In this document: piece after piece, positions 52,303 to 64,000 of the stretch
How the letters are laid out: every line of letters starts with the position of its first letter
Numbering within the stretch: position 1 is the first letter of the stretch
NCBI GenBank assembly: GCA_038496445.1
Contig: JALMLS010000344.1
Location: 124,001 to 188,000, forward strand
DNA length: 64,000 nt
Direction: 5' to 3'
Source of the DNA: Trichosphaerium sp. ATCC 40318
Taxonomy: Eukaryota > Protista > Tubulinea
The notes under the pieces: model-generated
Seen by the model: the letters and a program-made list of their open reading frames with translations, nothing else
Database searches by the model: none
What the model was told of the DNA's origin: nothing
Made by a program: the position numbers and the translations under genes

Positions 52303-55300
52303 CTAGTCCAAATGATTTGTTGGTAATAAATTCTTTTTTTTTGTTGGATGAAGTTGTGGTATCTTATCATTCTTATTATCCTTCAAATAAGCTTTTGCAT
52401 TCCTAACCATATCTTTAAGATTTTTAACATCAGTCAAATCTGTATCCTCAGTGTCAAGTTTTTTACTCTTTAAAATAGCTTGGTATGTATTACAAACAAT
52501 CAAACTTGTACGCCTAGTAGAAGAAAAAGAAATTAATCAAAAAAACAAAGCAAGTGTTATATGAGGTCATAATAAGGATAACATGAAAAAAAATCAGAGA
52601 AGAGTTTGTGTATAGCCAAGCAAATAACAACAAAGTTTTTTAAGCCAAAAAACAAAAGTTAAAAGATCAAGTTTGTTCAACAAAATAGGTGAATGCTTGA
52701 CTATTAGTTCATCGTTGATAAGTATTAAGACGTACTGTTCAAGATCGGGCATGGCTTCAATGTATTTTGAATACTTTTTGGATTGATAGAGTCCAAATAC
52801 TCTCCATAAAAGTGTATTAAGTTTATCGTCTCCAAGGTCTTTCAAGTCACCTGCCGGTGTATTTATAATACCCTCTAGTTGCTACACACAAGAATTAAAC
52901 AAATAAACCTAGTTCGATTGGAAAACAAACCTCAATAAGTAGTTTGAAAGCGTTTACAGCAACATCAATTAGAACGTCTTTGTCTGTTACTAACTTATTC
53001 ACAAAAGATGCCAACTCATTCAAGTCCATATCATTCTTTAACATTGATAGATAATAACGACTATACTTATTTTGGTAGTATAAAAATTTCCCAGGTCTAG
53101 CCAAAGAGTAAACAAACACAAGACAAAAAACAACAAGAAGAAAAAAATAAGAAAAAGAAATGATCTGATTGAAAAAACACCAAATCAGTTCAAAGTCATC
53201 GTTTTTATCAAGTTAAGAAAAATCAATGTACCGTCTGAATTGTACTGGAATCCAAATGTTCCATTTTTGCTTTGCCTAGTTTTATTATTAGCTACGTAAT
53301 GGAAAAAAAAGAAAAAACAGAAACGTTACATAACACTACCACGTACTGGAAATACAATACTCTTCACCATGCTTATTGCACGTTTTCTTAACTCTGGATC
53401 AACAGGAGTACGTTGATACCAAATCTTTGCAAGCTAAAGCGAAAATTAGGCCGTGGATGATGTAACTAGATTTTAGACTTTCGGAGAAAAAAATAAAAGT
53501 TGTCGTACCCTAAATGTAGCTTTATGATTTTCTTTTATACTATCTAAAGCCTTTATAATATCTTCAACAATCATTTCATTTGTTATTGTATGTGAAAGCT
53601 CAGGATTACGAGAAAGGTCAAGAAGTTCTTTAGAAAACGAAAACTCAGACAACTCCTTCAACTAAAAAAAGCACTTTAACAAAACTATGCCATGGTCTGG
53701 GTATTGGAGGGGATGATGAAGTAAAGACATTACAAAGATATATAAAACGTACTGGTACAGTTCTATGAGCAAAAGCTTTAAGCCTAGATGCTTGGATTCT
53801 ATACAAAATCTCCAACTTTTCTAATTCATTTGCTTTCGAAGGTTTGTCATTCTTTGCAATGAACTGATCCAGAGAACGCTTGTATTGCCTTAAGCACTCC
53901 TACCATAATTTTAGTACTAAAACGTGGGGAGAAAAGAAGTTATAAAGAGAAAAGGTCTACACAAGTACCAGAGGTGGAGCGTCTTCTTTTTCCTTGATTT
54001 TGCCAATACAAAAATGAGGATACCATGCTCCTGGTTTTTTCATGATAAGAAATGTCTGACAACGCAAAGCACAAGCTGTAAATGCTTTATACATTTCTTT
54101 TGACAACTATAGATAAAGGTAAGAGATGACGAAGAGAGATGTCTTGTTTAGTTCAAAAAAAAAAAAGCTTCAAACTCGACTTTACCTTTCCAGCCATCAT
54201 AGCTTTGCGTTTAGTATCAACTAGTTCAAGAGCAACAGCAGCTAATCTCTGTGTTGAATTTACATCATCATTAAGTGTCACACATTGGAATATACATTGA
54301 TACGCTCGCTGTTTTAAAAATCACGTGTTAGCTAACTAATACGGAAATGAACGCTAAAGAGGTCGTACAATGACATATTTGTCTTTTTGTTTTCCTTGAC
54401 TAGCACTCTCAGCTAACTTCTTTTCATAGTATTCTCCCATAGACGACCATGACTCCCAACGGTAGGATTGAACATAACATCACGCTGTGGAGCAAGAATA
54501 AGAACAAAAAACTTAAAGCATTGACAAGTTGTACCTTTAAATACTGAACGGCTTCCTTCTCCTTTCCGTCTGCCATTGTGTAACGACCAATCAGGTGGAG
54601 TAAGTTCCTCCAAATAGCTATAAGTGTTACTAAGCATTACACACTAGCACTACCCAAGCTACATACCTTCATTTGGTAAACGAGGTAAGTTAGTCCTTGT
54701 CACTGAGTTCAAATTTTCGAGGTCTCCATTAATGTACGACTTTATGTCTTTCTTCAATATTGTAGCAGCTTTAGGCACAGATGATAAGCAAATAAACATG
54801 AAGTAGAAATAAAGGTGTACATTCAAGTGGACATTGGAATTGCTTATACACAGCTACTAGCATTTTGCTGACACTCTTTATACCCTTCTTGCTCATTGTT
54901 TTGAGCTTACTCAACCCCTTTATCGCAGGTCCGCATACGCTATAATAAAGCTGCAATACAGATTGTTCATCTGGAACTTGTACATTAGCATCTAATTGCT
55001 TAATGATACTATTCTTATCATGTGCAACATGACTTGGTGGTTCATATCCATCCTAACAATAGTCAATCAATATGTACAGTTTTGCTTCACGTACAATTGT
55101 AGTGCCGTATAGACAACAAAGTGCTCTGAGCTTAATTGTTTCGAGGAGAGATCTTTGAGATAACACTGTACACCTCTGTAACATACGCGTGGTAAGTGCA
55201 ACCAATGTATGTAGTAACAACCCCTTTCTTAAGCGATAGCATTCACGTATAACAAGCATTTTGAAACCCATGTCAAGGATAGTCTTACACAACTCATCCC

Positions 55301-58300
55301 TCGCCTCAGGATTATCTGTTTGAGAGTACATACAAGCTCGATATAGCACCTTATTAAAAATCAGTTATGAAAGGAATGTTCAGGATGAGGGGATTGACAT
55401 ACCATGATCAACAACAAGAAGTAATCAGATTTTCTTACAGCAATAGGAGTATCAAAGTTTTTATCCTTCTCATTTCTCTCAAAGAACATCTTAATACACA
55501 GAACTGTATTGTATCGTATATCTAGAATCATGTCCTGTGGTATGACACCTGATTGAGCTAAAGACAACATAAGGACTTTGTACCCAGGGAAGGTATTAAA
55601 ATAATAATAAAATGAGTACCACAAGCAAGAGCATTTTCAATAGTTTCAAGAGAATCACGCATTTGTCTTTGATCTATTTTCTTTAAAGAAGAGTTGGTAA
55701 GAAGATCAACATATTGTCACATGTAAAATTAACTCCGTAATGTCATACCTTTTTACGTAATCTAATATTACCAACAGCGCTCTTCAGTGCTTGCAAAGGT
55801 TGTCCAACAGCGGTGTAACTCTTTTGTTTTAAAAAAATTAGCACGTGACCTTAATTGGTGCTAAAAGGTGTTTTGTTACAAAGTACCTTTCGTAGCATTT
55901 CATAGATTGTTGCTATATACTTATCATCTCCAAGAAGATGTGCTCGCTCCTGAAGTGGTTGAAGAATAGCAATAACATTCCTATAATTTTCTCGTTTAAA
56001 AGCTCCAATAGCCTTTTGATATAGGCTCATAGACTCTAACTCTTGTGCTTGCTTACTGACAGTTTCAAGAGATATACTGTCAATCCAAGAGCTAACAAAG
56101 AAGGTTAGTACTTGTACAATTAAAACGAAAGTGTTTCAAAGAAAAAAAACTACTTATACAGAACATCAAACGTACAGGTTAAGTAACTCAAGAGGTGTTT
56201 CATCATCTTCGAAAATTTCTTGACAATGCTTTAAGAAGAAAATAGCTGTACTAAATCTCTCATAGTGAGCTTCATAGTGCGCTTTGAGCCAACAAAATCT
56301 AAATGAAGCATTTAGTTAATTTTTTGGTTCGTCTTAGGCATGTGGTCATGTCTTACCTTAACTTAAATATCCTATCTTCCCAAATATCATTTGTACCATT
56401 CCGTACAATATGTTCAAGGTACATATTCGTTGCTTGAAAGTTACGACTAGCACGAAAACCACTTGCAAAATGACCAGCATTAAAATAAAGTTCAGCCAAA
56501 AGTAATATTGGCTAAAGCCATGTAAGTACTAATAAAGTACGGGTTTGTTTACCTTCAACGATGTGGTCATGGTAGGAAATACTTTAGGTAAAAGAGCCAT
56601 CACAAAGTGGACAACACCTGAACCCCAGTACATATGACAATGCTTATCTAACTCGTTGGCAAAGTTTTCTATAATATCAACAGTAGATGTAGAAGTGCAT
56701 GTATCAACAAAACGTTTTATAACATGAAACTCCTCGTATTCATCTCTTATCTTTTTTTTGTTCTTACCAGAGCTAGGTCGGCGTCTAAAACTTATTTAGA
56801 GAAATAGACAAATCCCGTAACACTGTTGGTCACATGATTAATTTTCATAAAGTGTTTCGTATCAATCTTATTTTTTGTTTTCAAAAGGGAAAAGATTTTG
56901 AAAAACAATCACGTGACTACACTTTTTTGTTCGTAAGAAACGACATACCTGAAGAACTCCTTCTTTGCCGTACTTGCATCTGTTAAAATAGAGTTATAGT
57001 CAGGTACAAACTTGGATAATAATTCATCAATAGGTGACCGGTTTTGAGTTTTCTCTTGAAGACTTTTTCTAAAAGACCTTCTCAAAGCTTCGGTTGTATT
57101 AGGTGTAGTTATGATTACTTCCTTTATGGGCTCATTCAACGATGCAACTATTAAAATATTAGAAGCTTTTTAAATCAACATACAAGTCAGTACTAACCAA
57201 CTACTGGCTGTATAGGCTTTGGTTGCACCTTTGGAGGCTCTTCAACAGATTCCACCAAACTGATTTTAATCACTGTACCAACAACTGATAGCCTGGTAGA
57301 TAAAATAAGTACCAAAGAAAGCAATCAATAAATGTACACTTCATCATTAGTCACGATGGACCATATGTCATTAAGCAATACAGCCATGCCTTCCCAAGTT
57401 ACATCTTTCAGTTTAAACTGTCTCTCTTCTGCAATATAAACAGGCTCTCCTGACTTGAACCTCTTTCTCCGTGCTTTTTGTAGCGAATCAAGTTCTCTAG
57501 ATGCACTACCTGCTACAACATCATTACGAAGCCTCTTTTTCCTTCAATACATCATCAGTCTACATTGCACAACATTCCTTCAAAAAAAATCCAACGTACT
57601 TTCCACGAGGTATATGTTCGCTCTCAACAAGCCGTTGTATACCGTTTCCAAAGTCCCATTTATGACCTTTACTTAGTCTTAAAGTACGCTTGACCATATC
57701 TAAGCAAGCTTCTGTATCACCCAATACATATAAAGCCTATCCATGGTCAATCTTCAAAAAGAAACGGTGGCTGTCAGTTTACCTTAACAAGAGACTCAAG
57801 TGCAAAAAAGTCATTTGGTGCTTGAACTAGAACGCGTTCAAGAGCTTGACGAGCCATAAAGAACTTTCCACATTTCAGTGCAGCTTTACCAACACGTTTC
57901 CATAATAAGCAATCCGAAGAATCTAACGTAAGTGCCTAGTGAAAAACTGAGTTTTTAATTTTTTTTAAATGTCACTTTTTGAAACATATTATTCTTTATT
58001 ACAAATACCTCTAAACCATTTTTTATGCTTTCGTTGTAAAGCTCACTGCCGTATTGAAGCCAAGATAAATTTTTCAAGCAAACGTATTTAATTTTGCCTA
58101 AAGCATTTCCCGCCACCTGGTTTTTGTTATAAATATGCGTATTGTGCGTTTGGTACATACCACATTTTTTAAAGAGGCAAGAACTTCAACAAATAATGCT
58201 TTGGCCTCTTCAATCTTACCAGCACGCTGTAACTTCAACGCAGAAGAATATAGCTGTTGGCATTTTCGTTCCTGAACAGCAATTTGTGAGATTCCTTATT

Positions 58301-58404
58301 ATAGGCCAACGCACCTTCTTAATCTTGTTAGGGACTTCTCCCAGTACTTGGGGTGCCATAATTTCGCCATCACTGCCTTCATTTATTGCAGCGAATTTTA
58401 ACAT
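52303..58404 (-). CDS. CABIN1: Calcineurin-binding protein cabin-1 / HIR3-like TPR protein
   Basis: N-terminus MLKFAAINE; KYVCLKNL; ALTLDSSDCLLWKRVG...ARQALE; later LYRAC and RLHSL-type motifs; long multi-exon TPR scaffold. Confidence 0.82.
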
Positions 58405-58620
58405 ACGTGCAAACTGCGCTCACAGCGCAAGTGTCTCTCACAACGTATATTATTGTCGTTGGTTAATCGCATCATCACTTAACCACAAATTGCAAGTTTC
58501 TGTAAATCGTTTCTCTCACGGTTGCATAAGACTTTTTTGAGGTATGCAGCGCATTTGCCAAGTTGTCACAATGATTTATGCACCAATTGTACTAAGTGAA
58601 CTCATTTAGTTGAGAAAGGG

Positions 58621-61600
58621 ATGCTACGACCTCGTAAATCGCGTGTAAAAGTTACAGGAGAAAAATCTACTTCGACAACTCAAGAAAGTGCCTCTATAGT
58701 ATCGCAACCGCGTGCAAAACCTGCACCAAAGCCTGTAGTACCAGGATCAGCAAAAGATCTCAAACAACGAGGAAATGCTTGTTACGCAAAGAAAGACTTC
58801 GCAAACGCCGCTGAGCTATATGTTAAAGCGACAGAACTCGAAAAAAAGAGCATCGTATACCCATTAAACGCGTCAGGCAAGTTTTATTAACGAAAAGTTT
58901 TTTGGATGTTAAACTACCCATACAGCCGCGTTTCTAGAACTAGAAGACTATATGAACACTATAAAATACGCCAGAGATGCCCTAGAACGAGAAGTTGCAA
59001 CAGAAGCACTACGCGCAAAGTCCGTTTTTTTTTTGTTTCCATTAACCTATCGCTAACCCTCCTATCAAGAGCGTTTGCACGTCTAGCCAAGGCTTCTATG
59101 CTTTTAGAACCGCCTCATTTGGGTCTTTCTATGATGGCTCTCGGATGGGCTAACGAGCATGCGAGTAAAATCCAAGGTCTTCTAAGTGAAAAACTTACAA
59201 CTAATTTTCCTCGACAACCTTCTCCTATCAAGAAGACATCTCTCGGTGTACCGCTCTCACTTTGTCGTATCGAAAAACGAATGTATAATGCAGTTAATAC
59301 ACGATCTATGGGTACATTCGTTGACGTAGAAATGATCAATGATGAGTCTGAGGTTCGTTGCCTTTCGTTTCGTTTTTCTGTTTTTTGATGGTCCATATAA
59401 GGAGTTTAACGCACTGTGGCTATCAGCTTTGGATATGAGCTCAGTGTTCAACACTGTAGCTGTCTTTGAAACAAACAACAAAGCTCATAAACTAAACCTA
59501 TACATAAACAATAATAATATCAGAGTGATTGCAAGGAATATCCTCCTATTGGTACAACTCTTCAACAAAAAAAAGTGAAGAAAATTGTGTTTACATCGTT
59601 ACTAGGTTCTAATTCATCAGAACGACACAGCTTCAGAAGAAGACGCCACTCAACTCCTACTATCTGTTTTCTATCAACTAAGCCTCACTGATGATCAATT
59701 AAAAACGCTTAAAGCGATATTATCGCGTCTCTGTGATAACGAGACAGTAACTGAATTTCAACAAGTGAGTTCACTTTTTTTTTGTTTGAACAATTTTTTA
59801 TTCAATCTTTGTGGTCCCATCTTGACTGTTATTTTAGACTTATCCGTTTATAAAACTATTCAATGATTGTTTTATACAATTGAAGGAAGTGTGGAATAAG
59901 TGGAGCTCTTTTGAGGAGAAGGAAAGTTACGCACTTGAAGCATGCTTAAGTGAATTACAAACACGTGAAAAACTAAATCCAAGTGGCGATACAAACGTTC
60001 ATGGGAGCTACCAAACTTGGCTTGAAACTGGATCATACTTTAAGAGTGAACACAAAAACGTCAACCCTATAATCATTGACCTAGACTCTAAGAACGCGAG
60101 AGATATCGTACGTACAACATGGAACTGAAAGAACAATTCAAAAAAAAAAGGTTTGTTAAAGTAGTTATTACTAGGTACACAATATCGTGTTTGCTCCTTG
60201 CTTGACTGATGAAAAAGAACAAAATATTAGTGATCTAGTATCTATTGTATCAAAATGGAGAAAATCTATCCTAGCACGCATAGACAAGTCACAATACTTT
60301 TTCCACGTTGGAGATAGTCAAATGTTTAAAAAATTATTGGTAGCAGAAAAAAACAACAAGTTCAACTTTATTGATGCTATTCAAGTAACAGATACATTTG
60401 GTATCTTGAATACCCTTAATACTGCTAAAGCTTTAATTGGTAAAGATTATAATCAAAACAAAATGATAACAGGATTCATAAGTAACCATAACACAATTGC
60501 TCTTTTATCTGAAGAGGAATCGCTACAATCTGAACTTTTAGAGTCAGTTATACTTTTTGAAACTGGTTTGAGTTATAAGGAACTAGAGATAATGTTTGGT
60601 TTGATACCTAAGTATGTTCAAGGCAAAAATGGTATTTATACAGTCTCATGGAAGCCATTGGGTAAGTGTTCAACAACAGTTTATACTTTTCTTTTTCTTT
60701 CTTTTTTTCATCCGATAGATTTCTTAACAAACGACTTGTTTACTACGCTTAGTACTAATCTTTTTTAATCTAGAACATAAACGAGCTTCAACTGATCAAG
60801 AGATTGATAAATGTATTGAGAGCCTAATGAGATATATGATGAATACTGGGTTTTGGAACAAGCAGCGTGATGAGTTTGCAAAAAAACTAAAAAAAGGTAA
60901 GCACTTTCGAGCCTGAAGTGTCATTGTATATCTTGGCAACCAGTATCATTTGGTACCTGCTTATAGTATATTTAGGAGACGAGATCGCCAAGATATTGCC
61001 AAGTTTACCAAGCGTGAACTTAACGGCATCTGGCCTTTACGAAATAATCTTGCCTTTTACTTCCAAGTCGGATCAACTCAACATAACACATGATTGCTTA
61101 GGTACGTTTTCTTTTGTTCGTAGTTGCGTCAGTTACTAAGATACTTTTAAGGATTGTTATCTGAGATTATATTTGCACTTCGTGCTATGGTATCAGGTGG
61201 TAGTGCTGAAGAGATGGTGCGCAAAGACCTCCAAGTTTGAATCAAAAAAAATTCTCGTCATTTTTTCTCACTATTTTCTTATTTTCTTTCAGGCTCCTCC
61301 TTGTCCTCCTATAATTTTTGATGGTATAGTCGGTCATTCTCTAGCACCAAAGCAATTTAAAGATTGGGTACAATAAAAAAAAAACCCTTACTTCTGTCCA
61401 CAATAGCACATGCTAACTTTTTTGTTTTTAGATCAAATTACCACCTAATGTCGTACAAAATGTATGTAAGACATTATGGTGTCATACAGTACTTTCATTC
61501 CGACCTGAAGCAGAAGGAAGTCAAATATCGGCTTTAATGATGATGGCACAAACAGTTGTTCGATTCCTTCCTGTCACATCTGACAATGAAGAGTGGCGTG

Positions 61601-61827
61601 TATTCCTTGATAATCATGTTAATACTGATGTCCAAGTATTACTTCATCTCAATTGTATCAAACGAGAAGACAAGGATGGTAGTGATAAAAACCTCTGGGA
61701 TGTTTGTGTTGCTATACCTGAGTTTTTGTTTACTCAGAGTGAAAACTATGTAATTGTATTTGTAAATGATAAGCTTGGTGGCCTTGCACCCGGCATACCA
61801 TTACAAGCGTTTTCTCCATGTGAGTAA
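58621..61827 (+). CDS. TPR + DUF4470-like protein
   Basis: AKDLKQRGNACYAKKDFANAAELY...YPLNASAAFLEL (TPR); LNLYINNNNIRVIARNILL and NVNPII (DUF4470-like). Confidence 0.75.
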
Positions 61828-62174
61828 ACTCTATTATTAATAAGAAAGTCTCAATTATTTAACCTTGCACGTGATTATTTAAGAATGGATCTGAAAACTA
61901 GTTGTTGCAGCAGACGTTTATGTGAGACATTTGATTAGGTTATTGCTCGTTAAACTACAACGCCAGAGAGTCACAATTTGTGGGCAAACAATAGTGCTTG
62001 ATTCCTTTCTCAGAAAGCTCAAGTACTCGTTTAATCCGTTTGTAACCAATGTTGTAAACCAGCACCCTTGTTTTCTTTAAGGCACAAGCCGCAGTTGATA
62101 TTATTAATAAGTCGATGCCTTAGTGAGATTTGCAAAGGACCTTTAAGGCAGTATTACAATCAAAATAAACTACA

Positions 62175-63492
62175 ATGACCTGTACGCTCGCTAGTGTGGT
62201 TTTAATGTCTAATAATAACCTTTCTGCAGGTGTTGATTTTTCATTTCGTGTAGTGGTTGTTGGAGGTAAAACAGCTGGTAAGAGGAGCTTCATTTATAGA
62301 TTTACACGTGGTCAGGTACGGTTTTTTTTGAAACCGACGCTAGTTGACACTAGCACGTGATGTAAAAAACTAAATGGCCATCTTCGCGGTACTTTTGCGC
62401 TGAGAGCACGTGTTAGTTTCCAATGCCAGAAAAGAATAACGAAAAGCTTGATGAAGCTTTACGAAAGGATGTAGAAAAGATGGAATGGGAGACATTCTAC
62501 CCACCACATCTGAAGGGCTTGATCGTACGTTATTTTTCCATAAAAGTGTTAACGGTTTTTTTTTTGTTTCTTTCAAATGATAAAACGCGTAAGTATCCAT
62601 CCTTTCCTCTCTCATTGCATTGAAACGTTCTTGCAAAAGCGTTCTTTGTGTGTTTGGCCGTTAGAGCACCAAATAGGAACCAGTAAATTAAATAATCGAT
62701 TGTCTAGAAATATCCTACTTTTCAACTCACCAAAGGCTCGTTGGCTGGTGAGATTAAGAACGTTTCGGAGCGAAGACGAAGAGTAAAGCTTGATATGGTT
62801 GCTTGTCATAGGTACCAAAAACAATACAGGAAAAAACACATCCCAGTCACATGATAACGATTGTCTTTATTTAAATCGACACGCCTAGGATTCGTCAAGG
62901 TGGAAGCGATCCAGCTAAAGATAAAAAGAAGCACCCTTTTGAATATCAAAGCAGCTACTTCCGAGGTGTCATTGTAGTACGTCGTGAATACCGTTCAAAA
63001 AAGTAGTTCAGAGAAAAAGTACTTTAACTTACTCTGTTAATACAATCCCAGATGTACTCAGTGACAAGCAAGAAGTCCTTTAAAGGTTCGTCCTTCTTCA
63101 CAAACCATAACAATATCGCACTTTTTAACAATATCGCAGAAGCTGAGATTTGGCTTATAGACGTTGAGACCTTTGTAAGCAAAAAGTTGTTCATTTGTCA
63201 AAAATATCAGTGTTCCTTCTCTAACTGTATTGTACTTTCAAAGGCACCTTACCAAGTTCGCACAGTGTTATTGGCTTCAAAGTACGATTGTGTAGGGAAG
63301 TCAGAGGTTACAAAGGTAGAAGGAGAGAATCTTGCTGCCAAGCATAAAGCTATTTTCTTTGAGACGAGCTGCTGGACAAGTAAAGGAATAGGTGCATTCT
63401 ACATACACTTGCTTGGTATACATATTAACCTACTTATAGACGAAGCACTTAGAGCATGTGCTACTATGATGGTACAAGGAGTTGAGAGATAG
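62175..63492 (+). CDS. Atypical Ras-superfamily (Rab-like) small GTPase
   Basis: FRVVVVGGKTAGKRSFIYRF; GVIVMYSVTSKKSF; VLLASKYD; FFETSC; no CAAX motif. Confidence 0.8.
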
Positions 63493-63569
63493 GCCAATGC
63501 CAAAGAACATGTAGAATAGAGTAGTTGTAACATAACAATACAGTAGAGACCACAAAATAAACCAATCTT

Positions 63570-64000
63570 ATTTTCAACATTGTTAGCGTTGAGATAGCAT
63601 ATTTGCTTGACTCGTTTTGTTCTCCATGTCATTACCATCAACAACAAAGATTGTTACTATTCAGCATGCCCTTGCTGTTCTCTATATTATTGTATTTTGC
63701 AACGAGTTCATTTAAACCAAGACGCCTTTGCAATGATAGTACAATTTTGTGGTTACAACCCTTACATTTCGAAGCAAAAACAAATTCCCTTCCGAGAGTT
63801 CGATACCTGGTGCACCAGGCAGCGAAGTTCCCTGACTTGAATTTCAATACACAACTTCGCAGATAAGCCTGCACTGTACCGAGGTACCGTGACTTAAAAG
63901 GTTCTTTGAATATTCGTGTCAATGACTGCCATTCTGCAAGGGTGATTAGCCCTATGACAATCACATACGCTTCGAGGTTTTTAATTACTTCGGCTTCGAT
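63570..64000 (-). CDS. Possible 3' part of a spliced gene entering from the right edge
   Basis: Open frames with a GTAAG donor near 63766; product unrecognised. Confidence 0.3.

Noticed and set aside
48050-58404. Ca2+ phosphatase next to a calcineurin-binding protein as a functional cluster
   Set aside because: PPEF is not calcineurin, and CABIN1 outside animals is mainly a HIRA-complex subunit; the adjacency is likely coincidental.
63607-63840. Plus-strand ORF with YYSACPCC resembling an RPA1-C zinc ribbon
   Set aside because: It has no ATG start or second CxxC pair, and the minus strand shows better splice signals.
1-64000. Alternative genetic code or stop-codon readthrough explaining the fragmented ORFs
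   Set aside because: The stops I examined fall inside short introns, and spliced exon chains read cleanly with the standard code.
1-64000. CRISPR array, prokaryotic defence operon, rRNA, transposase or LTR element
   Set aside because: No repeat-spacer arrays, operon structure or transposase/RT motifs were seen, and the DNA is intron-rich eukaryotic.

Overview
Gene-dense, AT-rich eukaryotic nuclear DNA with many short spliceosomal introns (mostly ~35-130 nt). It is probably a free-living protist, and an amoebozoan is my inference from gene content and GTACG-type donors. It is not prokaryotic: I saw no operons, CRISPR arrays, rRNA or recognisable transposons, and the standard genetic code fits every exon chain I rebuilt by hand. 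About 24 protein genes are present. They include SYF1/XAB2, a BBE-like FAD oxidase, a condensin CAP-G-like gene, LRMDA, a class-3 lipase, an APH-type kinase, a Cip/Kip-type CDK inhibitor, an SLC35-like transporter, an amino-acid permease, PIKfyve/FAB1, PPEF/RdgC, CABIN1, a TPR-DUF4470 protein and an atypical Ras-superfamily protein. Two tRNA genes (Ile-UAU, Asp-GUC) sit inside introns. The most notable points are: (1) a RING-TRAF-SPRY-UBR-box E3 ligase architecture missed by the ORF track; (2) a GPI-anchored chimera of PSI-like Cys repeats and a bacterial-type M66-like metzincin; (3) permissive splicing, with two U12-type introns (one apparently GT-TG), several GC-AG introns and many AAG acceptors; (4) strong enrichment of the CACGTG palindrome, plus a TGACA repeat, in introns and intergenic DNA; (5) a stand-alone PIF1/LRR1-type PH domain; (6) near-intronless F-box-MORN and BC-box genes resembling giant-virus ubiquitin adaptors. 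All gene models were spliced by eye, and family calls come from motif recognition, not database searches.
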